Translations under genes and position numbers: made by a program
The notes under the pieces: generated by a model
What the model saw: only the letters and a program-made list of their open reading frames with translations
The model's database searches: none
Told to the model about the DNA's origin: nothing
Shown: piece after piece, positions 38,839-49,816 of the stretch
Position numbering within the stretch: position 1 is the first letter of the stretch
Layout: each line of letters starts with the position of its first letter
Source: Oscillospiraceae bacterium
GTDB lineage: Bacteria > Bacillota > Clostridia > UMGS1883 > UMGS1540
NCBI GenBank assembly: GCA_015068765.1
Contig: SVJY01000003.1
Span: 1,416 to 65,415 of the forward strand
Length of the DNA: 64,000 nucleotides
Direction: 5' to 3'

Positions 38839-39515
38839 GCCGTACCCTCCAGTGCTTTTTTCGCCGCGGCCTGTTCCGCCGCTTTTTTTGTTCGTCCGCT
38901 TCCCGTGCCCAGACACACTTCGTCCCGAAACACCGAAACGGTAAATTCCTTTGCATGATCCGGCCCGCTTTCCCGGATGACCTTGTAGGTGAGGGGGGAA
39001 GCGTTTTTTCCCTGATACTTTTCCTGCAATGCCGTTTTATAATCCCGGGCCGCTCCGCCATCGATCGCCTGTTCAATGGTCTCCGTAAGGAACGAAAGCA
39101 CAAACGCTGTTGCGGCTTTTCGTCCACCGTCCAAATACAGTGCGGCAATAAGGGCTTCCATGGCATCTGCCAGGACAGAGGCACGGTCACTGCCGCCGGA
39201 GGCGGCTTCTCCCTTGCCAAGCCGCAGATAGGGGCCTATGCCCATTTTCCGGGCATGGGCCGCCAGTGCCGTTTCGCAGACGCTCTGGGCACGAATCCGG
39301 GACATATCCCCTTCGGAAATGGCGGGCCTTCGGTTGAACAGATATTCGCTCACGACAATACTGAGGACAGCGTCCCCTAAAAACTCCAGCCGTTCGTTAC
39401 AGGGAAGCTTGTTCTCATTGGCGTAGGAGCTATGGGAAATGGCTTCCAGAAGATAGGCAGGGTTTTGGAAAGTATGGTGCAAAAGCGTTTCAAAAAACGA
39501 AAGCGAATCAGGCAT
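38835..39515 (-). CDS. rnc: Ribonuclease III
   Basis: Signature [12 protein letters not shown] and a C-terminal dsRBD ([12 protein letters not shown]...[18 protein letters not shown]). Confidence 0.95.
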   Translation of the reverse strand: MPDSLSFFETLLHHTFQNPAYLLEAISHSSYANENKLPCNERLEFLGDAVLSIVVSEYLFNRRPAISEGDMSRIRAQSVCETALAAHARKMGIGPYLRLGKGEAASGGSDRASVLADAMEALIAALYLDGGRKAATAFVLSFLTETIEQAIDGGAARDYKTALQEKYQGKNASPLTYKVIRESGPDHAKEFTVSVFRDEVCLGTGSGRTKKAAEQAAAKKALEGTA

Positions 39516-39735
39516 GGGATTTAATATAGGCTACTGCATCGCCGACTGTGCGGATGCTTTCTGCATCCTCGTCGGAAATTGAGAGAGAAAATTCATCCTC
39601 AAATGCCATAATCAGCTCCACAATGTCAAGAGAATCGGCACCTAAGGTATCGATGAATGCATCCTCTTCCGAAATGCTTGCTACGTCTATACCGAGCTGG
39701 TCGGCAATAATTTCTGCTACTTTTTCAAATACCAT
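39508..39735 (-). CDS. acpP: Acyl carrier protein
   Basis: 75 aa with the [11 protein letters not shown] phosphopantetheine-attachment motif. Confidence 0.93.
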   Translation of the reverse strand: MVFEKVAEIIADQLGIDVASISEEDAFIDTLGADSLDIVELIMAFEDEFSLSISDEDAESIRTVGDAVAYIKSHA

Positions 39736-40032
39736 TTTTTTCTTCCTTTCTGCTTTTTACCTAAAGTATATTGGGAATACATAGCTATTATAGATGATTC
39801 CCGCAAAAAATGCAAGACTTTCTTATATTTTTTTTATATATCTTTTCTGCCGCCGCCGCTTTTTGCGGAAAAAAGCGAGGCATTTCGCATGGTAAATGCT
39901 TCGCATATACTATACCTGTTTTCCTGCATTTGTCAAGTCTTACTGCACTACCGAAAAGATTTTATTGTAATTTGGGCAGAAATGGTGTATAATTGTTACA
40001 GAACTACGGTAAAAAACGGAAAGGATACGCCT

Positions 40033-42534
40033 ATGAAGCTACTGATTCTGGACGGAAACAGCATATTAAACCGCGCCTTTTACGCCATCCCCTACCTAAC
40101 GGCACCGGACGGGCTCCATACCGGGGGGATTTATGGCTTTTTAGTGACGTTTTTGCGGACAATCCGTACCGAAGCACCGGAGGCGGTGGCGGTGGCATTC
40201 GACCTGCCTGCCCCCACCTTCCGGCATAAAGCCTACAACGAATATAAAGCCACCCGGCAAAAAATGCCGGCGGAGCTTGCGGAGCAGTTGCCGGTACTGA
40301 AGGAGATTCTGACGGCGATGCGTGTACCCATTTTAGAAAAAGAGGGCTACGAGGCAGACGATATCATCGGCACGGTGGCAAGACTGTGCGAGGAAGCCGG
40401 GGCGGACTGCCGGATTCTCACCGGGGACAGGGACGACCTCCAGCTTGCAAGCGAGAAAACCCACATTCTGCTCACAACCACCCGCATGGGCAAAACGGAA
40501 ACGGTGGAATTCGGTCCCAAAGAGGTGACGGAAAAATACGGCGTTTTGCCTGAAGCACTCATTGAAGTGAAGGGCCTGATGGGGGATAGCTCTGACAATA
40601 TTCCCGGCGTCCGCGGTGTGGGCGAAAAAACGGCACTTTCCTTAATTCAGCGGTATAGCACACTGGAAGGCGTGTATCAAAATCTGGCAGACCAAAAGGG
40701 TGCCTTACTTACAAAGCTTACCGAGGGCAGGGAGCTTGCCTTCCTCAGCCGTGAGCTGGGCAGAATCTGCCGGGAGGTGCCCCTCGCCGAAGATATGGAC
40801 GCTTTTGCGACGAAGCCCTATGATACCGAGGCACTGGGTGCCCTTTTCCGCCGTCTGGACTTTAAAGCACTCCTCGAGGAGCTTTCTCTTCCCAAGGAGG
40901 CGGCGGCGGAAGCGGTTTGTGTGACGGCTTTGCCCTATGCCGGAGAGCTGGAAAACGAAAAAAAGATCTATTTCTGCCGGGACGGAGAAACGGTCTTCGC
41001 TACGGCAGGGGACGCGGTCTATACCTTGCCCAAAGCGGCGGCAGATGCCCTGTTTGCCCGGGAGGATGTGGAAAAATCCGGACATAATCTGAAGGAAACC
41101 ATGGTACAGCTTCTGTGGCAGGGCATCCGGTTTCGGGGTGCGGCATTTGATACGGAAATTGCCGCCTATCTTTTGGACCCGGCGGCAAGCCGGTATGCCC
41201 TGGATGATATTTGCGAAACATATCTTGGAAAGCGACCGGCGGACTGTGCCGCCGCCGCAAGCCTTTTGCCCCATCTGGAGACGGTGCTCCGGGCAGAAAT
41301 GGATTCGAGGGAGCAGACCGAGCTGTATTTTTCACTGGAAAAACCCACCGTATGGGCACTGGCAAAAATGGAGCACGCGGGAATTTTAGCGGACGGCGAA
41401 CAGCTTTCTGCCCTTTCCGATGTGCTTTCCCAAAGCCTTTCCGGCCTGGAAACGGCGATTTATGCCGGTGCAGGGGAGACCTTCAATATACAGTCACCCA
41501 AGCAGCTCGGCGTCGTTTTGTTTGAAACACTGGGTCTGCCGGCGGCAAAAAAGACGAAAACCGGCTATTCCACCGATGCCGGGACGCTGGAAAAGCTACG
41601 GGGCAAGCACCCCATTATTGACGATATACTGGAATACCGTCAGCTGGCAAAGCTGAAATCCACCTATGCGGAAGGGCTTTTGCCCATGATTCATGCGAAA
41701 ACCGGACGGATTCACTCCACCTTCCATCAGACGGTGACCGCTACCGGCCGCCTTTCCTCCTCCGACCCCAATTTGCAGAATATTCCGGTAAAAACGGAGC
41801 TGGGACGGGAAATCCGTAAGGTCTTTACCGCAAAGGAAGGGTTTGTGCTGGTGGATGCGGACTATTCCCAGATTGAGCTTCGCGTGCTGGCACATATGTC
41901 CGGTGACAGCCGGATGCAGGCGGCATTTTTGGAAAATGCGGATATTCATACGAAAACGGCGGCGGAAATTTTCGGCGTGGCGGAATATATGGTCACGCCC
42001 CAGATGCGAAGCCGTGCCAAAACCATCAATTTCGGCATTATCTACGGCATGGGCGACTTTTCGCTTGCCGGGGATCTGAAAACCTCCCGAAAGGAAGCCA
42101 AAGCCTACATTGACAGCTATTTTGGCACCTACAGCGGCGTCCGGGACTTTATGGAATCGGCAAAGGAATTTGCCCGGAAAAACGGTTTTGCCAAGACTAT
42201 GCTGGGCAGACGGCGGTATATTCCCGAAATCGAGGCATCCAACTTCAATATCCGTGCTTTTGGCGAGCGTGTGGCGATGAACGCCCCCATCCAGGGCAGT
42301 GCGGCGGATATTATCAAGCTTGCCATGCTCCGGGTGGATGCGGCACTGGAGAGGGAGGTACCCGAGGCCCGTCTCGTTTTGCAGGTGCATGACGAGCTGC
42401 TGGTGGAAGCACCTATCGATGCGGCAGAAGCCGTGGCGGCACTGATGAAACGGGAAATGGAAGGGGCAGTGGAAATGGCAGTTCCCCTTCTGGTAGAGGC
42501 CGGGATAGGAAGGCGTTGGTACGATGCCAAATAG
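40033..42534 (+). CDS. polA: DNA polymerase I
   Basis: Start at MKLLILDGNSILNRAFYA (5' nuclease domain). Pol motifs DYSQIELRVLAH, RSRAKTINFGIIYG, QVHDEL. The upstream part of the track ORF (39889-40032) is non-coding. Confidence 0.95.
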   Translation: MKLLILDGNSILNRAFYAIPYLTAPDGLHTGGIYGFLVTFLRTIRTEAPEAVAVAFDLPAPTFRHKAYNEYKATRQKMPAELAEQLPVLKEILTAMRVPILEKEGYEADDIIGTVARLCEEAGADCRILTGDRDDLQLASEKTHILLTTTRMGKTETVEFGPKEVTEKYGVLPEALIEVKGLMGDSSDNIPGVRGVGEKTALSLIQRYSTLEGVYQNLADQKGALLTKLTEGRELAFLSRELGRICREVPLAEDMDAFATKPYDTEALGALFRRLDFKALLEELSLPKEAAAEAVCVTALPYAGELENEKKIYFCRDGETVFATAGDAVYTLPKAAADALFAREDVEKSGHNLKETMVQLLWQGIRFRGAAFDTEIAAYLLDPAASRYALDDICETYLGKRPADCAAAASLLPHLETVLRAEMDSREQTELYFSLEKPTVWALAKMEHAGILADGEQLSALSDVLSQSLSGLETAIYAGAGETFNIQSPKQLGVVLFETLGLPAAKKTKTGYSTDAGTLEKLRGKHPIIDDILEYRQLAKLKSTYAEGLLPMIHAKTGRIHSTFHQTVTATGRLSSSDPNLQNIPVKTELGREIRKVFTAKEGFVLVDADYSQIELRVLAHMSGDSRMQAAFLENADIHTKTAAEIFGVAEYMVTPQMRSRAKTINFGIIYGMGDFSLAGDLKTSRKEAKAYIDSYFGTYSGVRDFMESAKEFARKNGFAKTMLGRRRYIPEIEASNFNIRAFGERVAMNAPIQGSAADIIKLAMLRVDAALEREVPEARLVLQVHDELLVEAPIDAAEAVAALMKREMEGAVEMAVPLLVEAGIGRRWYDAK

Positions 42535-42549
42535 GAAAGGGGAACCACT

Positions 42550-43122
42550 ATGAAAATCTGGCTTACCGGCGGTAGTGGTAGTGGAAAGAGCTATATTGCG
42601 TCTTTGTTTCAGGCGGCAGGCTACCGGCTGATTGATGCAGACCGGATTGCCCGGGAAATCGCAGAGCCCGGCGGTGCGGCGTATGCGGCACTGGTGGCGG
42701 CGTTCGGCACGGATTTTCTTTTGCCGGACGGGCGGCTTCATCGGCAGAAGCTGGGGAAGACCGCATTTAGTGACAGGGAAAAGCTACGTCTTCTAAACGA
42801 CATCACCCATAAATATATTATAGAAGAAATGGAAAAACAGGCGGCGGGGGAGAAAAATGTAGTCATGGATGCCCCGCTGCCCAACACCTTCGGCGTCTTT
42901 TGTGACAGGACGCTGGTGGTGACAGCTCCGAAGGAATGCCGGGTGCGGCGAATTATGGAACGGGACGGGATTACGGAGGAAATGGCACTGGAACGGCTTG
43001 GGGCACAGGTGTCGGACGCGGAATACGCCGCAACTGCCGATGCGGTGCTGCATAATGACGGCGACAGGCGGACAGCAGAGGAAAAAGCGGCAAGGTATAT
43101 AAAGGAATGGTTTTCAAATTGA
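42550..43122 (+). CDS. coaE: Dephospho-CoA kinase
   Basis: 190 aa with P-loop LTGGSGSGKS. The polA-coaE linkage is conserved. Confidence 0.9.
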   Translation: MKIWLTGGSGSGKSYIASLFQAAGYRLIDADRIAREIAEPGGAAYAALVAAFGTDFLLPDGRLHRQKLGKTAFSDREKLRLLNDITHKYIIEEMEKQAAGEKNVVMDAPLPNTFGVFCDRTLVVTAPKECRVRRIMERDGITEEMALERLGAQVSDAEYAATADAVLHNDGDRRTAEEKAARYIKEWFSN

Positions 43123-43670
43123 GAAAAAAGAAACGGGGGAGCCTGAAACGGCTTCTGGCAGTATGTATAACGGTCGGCATTTTGCTTTTTGGGGTACATG
43201 TAAGCATGGAACGTCTTTTCCCCATGCCATATTGCGACGCGGTGACGGCGGCGGCAGAGGAAAACGGCATTTCGCCGGCCCTTTTGTATGCCCTTATGAA
43301 GGCGGAAAGTAATTTCGATGCGGAAGCCGTATCGAAAAAGGGGGCAAAGGGTCTCATGCAGCTTATGGAGGAAACGGCCGTCTGGTGCGGTAAAAAGACA
43401 GGTCTGCCTGCCGAGGACCTGCTGAACCCGGAAGAAAACATCCCCCTTGGGGCGTATTATCTCGGATATCTCCTTACACTGTATGACGGCGAGGAGGAAT
43501 GTGCCGTGGCGGCATATAACGCCGGACAAGGCCGCGTTAATACCTGGCTTCGGGATAGCCGCTACTCCCTCGACGGCAAAACCCTCCGGGATATTCCCTT
43601 CCCGGAAACGGAAAGGTACGTGAAAAAAATCCGGTTTTATAAAGGGATTTATGAAAGAAAGCTTTCCTGA
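43107..43670 (+). CDS. Lytic transglycosylase (SLT domain), membrane-anchored
   Basis: N-terminal TM helix. SLT catalytic region LLYALMKAESNFDAEAVSKKGAKGLMQL...AYNAG. Confidence 0.85.
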   Translation: MVFKLRKKKRGSLKRLLAVCITVGILLFGVHVSMERLFPMPYCDAVTAAAEENGISPALLYALMKAESNFDAEAVSKKGAKGLMQLMEETAVWCGKKTGLPAEDLLNPEENIPLGAYYLGYLLTLYDGEEECAVAAYNAGQGRVNTWLRDSRYSLDGKTLRDIPFPETERYVKKIRFYKGIYERKLS

Positions 43671-43940
43671 CTTTTTTATATTCCCTTTATATTGCCGACT
43701 GTCCTTTAGAGTACGCCTGTCCCTACAAATTCGATATGATATAAATCTTACTGCACTAAGGCAACATATCGCGTGCGTCAGCATAAAGGCAAAAACACGA
43801 AGATATCCTGGCGGATTTCAAGTGTTTTTAACGCAATTAGGCGCTGAAATTTCCTGTTTTAAGGCAATTCTTCCTTACCGGCATCCAGCTTATATCGAGT
43901 CAATTATGACATATCGAAAATCAGAAATTTATATCGTTAA

Positions 43941-43973
43941 AAAAACGACTTGTCGAAAACAAGTCGTTTTTTC
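43941..43973 (+). terminator. Hairpin aaaaacgacttgt-cgaaa-acaagtcgttttt; an imperfect copy of the tRNA-Ala terminator at 47541-47580
   Basis: Perfect 13-bp stem plus a T-run. It shares aaacgac / cttgtcgaaaa / gtcgttt with 47541-47580. Confidence 0.6.
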
Positions 43974-44097
43974 TGGGAAAGCAGAACCATAATGATATTT
44001 TTGTTTTATATATAAATTAAAATATCATTTAAACACTTGAGAATATTTCTTTCTTAAAATATTCTCACACTTCTTTTTTACGACTGCTTTTTGAAAA

Positions 44098-45900
44098 TTA
44101 TCTTATATTTTTATACATAGGTCCGTAAGTCTGGCAAGCTCTGTAGTCTTGTCCTTCTTTATCCATTCCGAATGCATTCCATGCTGCTGGTCTGAAAATC
44201 TTTTCTTCGGGAACATTATGCATACAAACAGGAATTCTTAAAATAGAGCAAAGAGTGATAAGGTCTGCACCTATGTGCCCATAGCTTATCGCACCGTGAT
44301 TTGCTCCCCAGTTATTCATTACATCATAAGCACTCTTAAATGCACCCTCGCCTGTTACTCTTGGTGCAAACCATGTGCAGGGCCATGTGTAGTCTGTTCT
44401 CTTCCAGAGAATGTCTGAAACCTCATCAGGAAGATTAACTGTCCAGCCCTCTGCTATCTGTAAAACAGGGCCTAAGCCTTTTACAAGGTTAAGTCTTATC
44501 ATTGTGGCAGGCATTTCGCTTCTTGTTAAAAATCTTGAAGAGAAGCCGCCGCCTCTGAAATAGCCAAGGTCTGCCATATTCCAGGTTGCAGACTTCATAA
44601 CGGTATCAATATCAGCAGCTGTCATATCGTACCATTCCTTCATAACAGGATTTCCATCTTTATCCTTAACCTCACCGCAAGCATCTAGACAACAAGCACC
44701 TGAGTTTATAAGGTGAATAAAACCGTCTGATTCTTTTGCTTTTCCTGTTATATCATAATTTGCTGCTTTTTTAACTGCATCAGCACTCCAGTATGTTCTC
44801 ACATCAGCAAACATCTGTGCTCTGTTTGTAAGAAGCTTTCCAAATAACATTCCAAGACCGTTTAACACGTCGTTTTCTGTTGCAAGAATATATGGTTCTC
44901 TTGCTCCGTTCCAGTCAAAGGATGTGTTAAGCATTGATTCAGGGAAATCGCAGTTAGGATAAAAGTCTGTCCATTGTCTTTGTCCCTGGAAGCCTGCAGC
45001 TATTGCATTATGACCAACTCTTTCTTCTTCTGAACCTTCGGGAAGATTTTCATTGCCGTTCATAAGGTCTTTTATAATGCACATCATTTTAACAACAAAT
45101 TCAAACTGTTCTTCCTTTTCCTTATCGGAAATCTGCATATCTTCAGGGTTTTTATCAAAGCCCATTATACATTTTTCTTTTGCCCAGCTTAGTGCTTTTT
45201 CAAATTCAGCCTTGTCGTAAATGCCCTCTGTCATTCGTCTTATAATTTCAACTTCATCAACAGATTCAACACGCATTCCGAGATATTCTTCAATAAATGC
45301 AGGGTCTATGATAGAGCCGCCGATACCCATACATACAGAGCCTATCTGGAGATAAGACTTTCCTCTCATTGTAGCAGCTGCAACTGCTGCACGGGCAAAT
45401 CTTAAGATTTTTTCTGATACATCAGCAGGAATTGATGTATCGTCTGCATCCTGAACGTCATGTCCGTATATACCAAAAGCAGGAAGTCCTTTTTGCGCAT
45501 GGCTTGCAAGCACCGCTGCAAGATAAACTGCACCCGGACGTTCTGTTCCGTTGAAGCCCCATACACCTTTTATTGTCATAGGGTCCATATCCATAGTTTC
45601 ACTTCCATAGCACCAACACGGAGTAACTGTTAAGGTGATATCCACCCCTTCTTTTTTAAACTTTTCTGCACATGCTGCAGCCTCTGCTACTCTTCCGATT
45701 GTTGTGTCTGCTATAACTGTTTTAACGGGCTCGCCGTTTGAGTATTTAAGATTTTCTGTAATTAACTTTGCTGCCGCTTTTGCCATATTCATTGTCTGGT
45801 CTTCAAGTGATTCACGAACCTTTAAAGGTCCTCTTCTTCCGTCAATCGTAGGTCTAATACCTATTACAGGGTAATCTCCTATAAGTCTGCTTTTTGCCAT
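44098..45900 (-). CDS. fucI: L-fucose isomerase
   Basis: 600 aa. The N-terminus [28 protein letters not shown]...[17 protein letters not shown] is colinear with E. coli FucI as I recall it. Confidence 0.92.
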   Translation of the reverse strand: MAKSRLIGDYPVIGIRPTIDGRRGPLKVRESLEDQTMNMAKAAAKLITENLKYSNGEPVKTVIADTTIGRVAEAAACAEKFKKEGVDITLTVTPCWCYGSETMDMDPMTIKGVWGFNGTERPGAVYLAAVLASHAQKGLPAFGIYGHDVQDADDTSIPADVSEKILRFARAAVAAATMRGKSYLQIGSVCMGIGGSIIDPAFIEEYLGMRVESVDEVEIIRRMTEGIYDKAEFEKALSWAKEKCIMGFDKNPEDMQISDKEKEEQFEFVVKMMCIIKDLMNGNENLPEGSEEERVGHNAIAAGFQGQRQWTDFYPNCDFPESMLNTSFDWNGAREPYILATENDVLNGLGMLFGKLLTNRAQMFADVRTYWSADAVKKAANYDITGKAKESDGFIHLINSGACCLDACGEVKDKDGNPVMKEWYDMTAADIDTVMKSATWNMADLGYFRGGGFSSRFLTRSEMPATMIRLNLVKGLGPVLQIAEGWTVNLPDEVSDILWKRTDYTWPCTWFAPRVTGEGAFKSAYDVMNNWGANHGAISYGHIGADLITLCSILRIPVCMHNVPEEKIFRPAAWNAFGMDKEGQDYRACQTYGPMYKNIR

Positions 45901-45923
45901 TTTAAAAACACTCCTTTTTTATT

Positions 45924-46358
45924 TTATATAACACCTTTTTGAAGTATTATGTTTGCATAAAGTGCAGTTTCGCTTGTTGCAACTACTGCATAATCTTTTT
46001 TTGCATCTTCATAAAACTTAAACCGCTCTACTTCCTGAAACGCTTCTTTTCCGTGCTCATCTGCTTTTGATACAATTTTCTTATACTCATCCCATATAGG
46101 TGTTTCCACCTTATCTCCGGGCATTACCTACATTAAAGATACAGGCTTTTCAACATAAGTATCAAGGGGAAACAGCTTTAAAATTGCATCAAGCAAGTCT
46201 GTTATACTGTGTCCGTCTGCACGAATTACCTTTGAATTCTTTCCGATAGATTCGGCAGGAAAATTCCCGTCTGCTAAAACTATAGTGTCGCTATGTCCCA
46301 TTTCGCATAAAACTTTTAAAAGTTCAGGCGAAATAATTTTCGGTATTCCTTTTAACAT
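45924..46358 (-). pseudogene. fucU: L-fucose mutarotase (FucU/RbsD family) interrupted by an in-frame TAG
   Basis: [34 protein letters not shown]...YVEKPVSLM, then TAG (46130-46128), then VMPGDKVETP...YANIILQKGVI in the same frame. The two track ORFs (46128..46571 and 45924..46124) are halves of one ~143-codon gene. Confidence 0.75.
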
Positions 46359-46466
46359 ATTCACAGTTCCTTTTCCTAATATAATTATAATACTTGCATT
46401 TATATCCTTTCTTGTGTTATAATAGACAAAAATATAATTATTTTCACATTTATAAGGAATTTTATT

Positions 46467-47315
46467 ATGATATACAACGAGCTTATAGAAAGAGGCACCG
46501 AACACTTTCCCATTGAACTGTATAAAGTTGATAAAAATCATCCCCGCTACGAAATGTCTTCTCACTGGCATAACGAAATTGAGCTTATACGAATTATTTC
46601 GGGAAAGCTTTTAGTTAAACTTAACGAAAGGGAATATACTTTAGAAAAAGGGGATATTATATTTGTAAACCCCGAAACTGTTCACGGGGCATCACCAATA
46701 GGTGAATGTTTTTACGAATGTATTGTTATGCGTCTTGATATGCTTTTAACTGCTGATGAAAGCTGTCGTTTTTTTATTGAGGGCATTTTAAACCACGATA
46801 TTTTGGTTTTGGAATATCACTCTGATTTATCATCACCCTTTTCAATGGCTGTTAATTATCTTTTTGACTCTATGGCATCCTCACATTCGGGCTATAAATT
46901 TTCTGTCCTTAGCGCACTTTATAATATGCTTGGGGCTATAATAGATAAAAACCTCTACACCTCTTCATCTTTAGCTTCACATAATGCTCAAAATAATGAC
47001 CTTGCAAGGCTTAAAGCTGCACTTTCTTATATAAGAAGTAACTATGACAAGCAGCTGACACTTTCAGATATTTCAGTACATTCGGCTATGTCAGAGAAAT
47101 ATTTTTGCTCATTTTTTAAAAAAATGACCGCAAAAACACCTATGCAATATTTAATTCTTTACAGAGTTGAGAGAGCTGCAGGAAAGCTTTTAAAAACAAA
47201 TTCAAGCATTACAGAAATTGCTCTTTCATGTGGCTTTAACGATATCAGTTATTTTATAAAAACCTTTAAAAAAATAAAGGGGACTACTCCCCTTAAATTC
47301 AGAAATCAACAATAA
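46467..47315 (+). CDS. AraC-family regulator, divergent from fucU
   Basis: Cupin-like N-terminus ([14 protein letters not shown]). AraC HTH C-terminus ([30 protein letters not shown]...[20 protein letters not shown]). Confidence 0.85.
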   Translation: MIYNELIERGTEHFPIELYKVDKNHPRYEMSSHWHNEIELIRIISGKLLVKLNEREYTLEKGDIIFVNPETVHGASPIGECFYECIVMRLDMLLTADESCRFFIEGILNHDILVLEYHSDLSSPFSMAVNYLFDSMASSHSGYKFSVLSALYNMLGAIIDKNLYTSSSLASHNAQNNDLARLKAALSYIRSNYDKQLTLSDISVHSAMSEKYFCSFFKKMTAKTPMQYLILYRVERAAGKLLKTNSSITEIALSCGFNDISYFIKTFKKIKGTTPLKFRNQQ

Positions 47316-47540
47316 CACAAGGGTAACACAAGGGGACGGTTCTCTTGTGCTGATGTATTTAAAAGTGGACTTTCCATTTATTTCCACCTCAAATTTAGCA
47401 TATCATAATTCTATATAGAATTCAATGTTTTGCGGAGCAAAACTACCTTTTTTCTTCTCTTTTATCTTTTATCTCTTATCTGGAAACGACAATTTTAGAG
47501 AAAAGCGAAGATAGAAAAGTGAAAAGATAATAGAACAAAA

Positions 47541-47580
47541 AGAAACGACAACTTTCTTGTCGAAAATTGTCGTTTCTTTT
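47541..47580 (-). terminator. Terminator hairpin downstream of tRNA-Ala
   Basis: The minus strand reads agaaacgacaa...ttgtcgtttct followed by a T-run. It directly abuts the tRNA 3' end. Confidence 0.6.
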
Positions 47581-47656
47581 TGGTGGACCTGAAGGGGCTC
47601 GAACCCTCGACCTCTGCGTTGCGAACGCAGCGCTCTCCCAGCTGAGCTACAAGCCC
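47581..47656 (-). tRNA. tRNA-Ala (anticodon CGC)
   Basis: The reverse complement is GGGCTTGTAGCTCAGCTGGGAGAGCGCTGCGTTCGCAACGCAGAGGTCGAGGGTTCGAGCCCCTTCAGGTCCACCA. It has the G3:U70 alanine identity pair, anticodon loop TTCGCAA, and encoded CCA. Confidence 0.9.
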
Positions 47657-47721
47657 GTGGTTTACACTGACAAACAGTATACCACAGAAAACAGGGGATG
47701 TCAAGGGTTTTATTTAATTTT

Positions 47722-49659
47722 TTACCATACCTCAAATGCCGCAAAACCAAAGGGCATAATGGGTGCGGAAAGCCGCACAATGTCGCCGCCTAAGACACCG
47801 TCACAATTTAAGAAGCGGATGTTTTCATAGGCACGGCCAAGCTGTACAGTAGGCTCGAACACTTCATCCTCAAAGAAATTCCAAAGTCCAACGGCCAGTC
47901 TGCCGTCTTTTTCCTTACTGAGGATATGCAGGAAGGGATTCCCCATGCTGGTGGCGGCGAGTTTTTTGCCGGTCAGCCACTGGAGGGCATCATACAGCCG
48001 CCGTTGCCGTCCGTACCCGGCAAACATCCGGCCGGGGCCGCCGCCGGCAGAGCGACACTGGTATGCATCGAAGGTATACACGGCGAATTTCTGCCCCTTT
48101 TCGTTTTCATACAGATACATGGCGGGGATTTTTTCTTCTCCCACTACATAATAGCTCCGTACGTTCGCACCGGTCTTGAGCACCGTGCGGTAAACTATCT
48201 GGGAGGAAGCTGTTTTCTCGTTTTCGCCGGTTTCGGCATCCACTTCCTTCGCTGTACCACGGAGTAGCGCACTACTGACAAGCCCCACGTCCACGCCACG
48301 CTTCCTAAGAATTTCTGCGGCACGGCCGTCTACAATCAGATAGGGAGTATCTTCGGGCAGACGACAGGCATTTTCGCCAAACACAAGGGTGGGTACCGTT
48401 AAATCGCCATAGGTCATAGGCAGAGAGTTTTCAATGGCAAACACCTGGGAGGCCGTAGGCAAAACCCGGCATTTATTGTTATTTGCAGGAAAATCGCCGT
48501 AATCAAAATCTTCCTTCTTATCGGGGAAGGTTCTGTCACGGAGCAGGAACATATTTTCAAAAACATTCACACCTACCGCCTGTTTGCCGTCGAACATACT
48601 GTCAATGCCCTGATAGAGGTGCTGATTCCGGGCGTGTCTGTCGATATATCCGGTTTCGTAGGTGGGTTCGCCGAAATAATCCAGCATATATTTCAGGCAA
48701 CCATCCAGATTGCCGTCGGCACGAAGGACCATATCAAAGCCTTCCAGAAGATTGGCCGGCACATCAAAACGGGGACGGGGAAATACATCGCCTTCGCTGA
48801 AAATTTCAATATTCTCGCCGATGCACCAATAGGCCTGGAGTCTGGCCGCTTCAATGGGGCCTGCTATGCCCCCTGCCCAGACCTCGCTGCGTTGCCGGGC
48901 CCACCAGGGGCCGCCGGCAAGACGGAGAATGGGCTTTGTGTCTCCTGCAAACGCCTTGGCAAGCTCGATGGCATCGATGCCTTCAACGTCCCAATGGGTC
49001 CGGCCTGCACAGAAGCCAAGACGGACAGAGGGGTCAGCTTCGTTCACTGCCTCACGGAGCTGCTCTGCGAGATGACGCAGGGTTTCGCCTTGTAAATCCA
49101 TCCAGGCATCCCGGTATTTGTTGCCTTCGCCAAAGAAGGCCTTGTTGCGGATTTCTTCAGGGGTCATATATTCGCCCACCCGGTCAGCATACAGCCGAAG
49201 ATGCTTGTCACAGCAGCAGCCGATACCGCCGTCCGAACGGCCGCTGAGACAGTATTCATCATCAAGAAGAATAATTTTTGCACCGGATTTGGCAACGGCG
49301 TTCAAGTAGTTTCCGGCACCCTCCACAAAGGCGGGATCCAGAGGACAGCAAACGCCCACATATTCCGTGCCGTCATGCAGTTTTCGCACGCTTGTATAGG
49401 CGGTATGCCCCTCGCTATCGCCGCCAAAACCAAGAAGGGGACTGACCCAGACGCCGGTTTCCAGGCCGTTTTCTTCAAAAAAGCGGAGCTTTTCAGACAG
49501 ATTTGCCAGCATTTCTTTCCGCTGGGGCGAATCTTCAAAAACACTGGGAACATAAATAAAAATCCGGTCAACTTTACCTCTTTTTAATTCAGAAAGCGTA
49601 GCTTCGTCGCCGTAATGCAGTATAGAATGAAGACCATAGGGAACTGTGATTTTATGCAT
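47722..49659 (-). CDS. Hypothetical 645-aa protein (possibly a glycosidase-like TIM barrel)
   Basis: Long ORF with normal local composition. No motif I can name. Confidence 0.6.
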   Translation of the reverse strand: MHKITVPYGLHSILHYGDEATLSELKRGKVDRIFIYVPSVFEDSPQRKEMLANLSEKLRFFEENGLETGVWVSPLLGFGGDSEGHTAYTSVRKLHDGTEYVGVCCPLDPAFVEGAGNYLNAVAKSGAKIILLDDEYCLSGRSDGGIGCCCDKHLRLYADRVGEYMTPEEIRNKAFFGEGNKYRDAWMDLQGETLRHLAEQLREAVNEADPSVRLGFCAGRTHWDVEGIDAIELAKAFAGDTKPILRLAGGPWWARQRSEVWAGGIAGPIEAARLQAYWCIGENIEIFSEGDVFPRPRFDVPANLLEGFDMVLRADGNLDGCLKYMLDYFGEPTYETGYIDRHARNQHLYQGIDSMFDGKQAVGVNVFENMFLLRDRTFPDKKEDFDYGDFPANNNKCRVLPTASQVFAIENSLPMTYGDLTVPTLVFGENACRLPEDTPYLIVDGRAAEILRKRGVDVGLVSSALLRGTAKEVDAETGENEKTASSQIVYRTVLKTGANVRSYYVVGEEKIPAMYLYENEKGQKFAVYTFDAYQCRSAGGGPGRMFAGYGRQRRLYDALQWLTGKKLAATSMGNPFLHILSKEKDGRLAVGLWNFFEDEVFEPTVQLGRAYENIRFLNCDGVLGGDIVRLSAPIMPFGFAAFEVW

Positions 49660-49816
49660 AATTTTATACCTCCTTTTTTTACATACATGATACAGAGCTT
49701 AAAATTTTTTGTCAAGAACAAAACAAAAAAACGTTAAATTCTGCTACTATTTAAAAAAATATGATATAATATATGCAAACAAGGCGATATTCTAAACAGA
49801 AGAAAGGCAGAGAAAC

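Noticed and set aside
39889-40032. 48-codon N-terminal extension of polA in the ORF track
   Set aside because: Canonical PolI begins at MKLLILDGNS (ATG 40033). The upstream part covers promoter-like AT-rich DNA.
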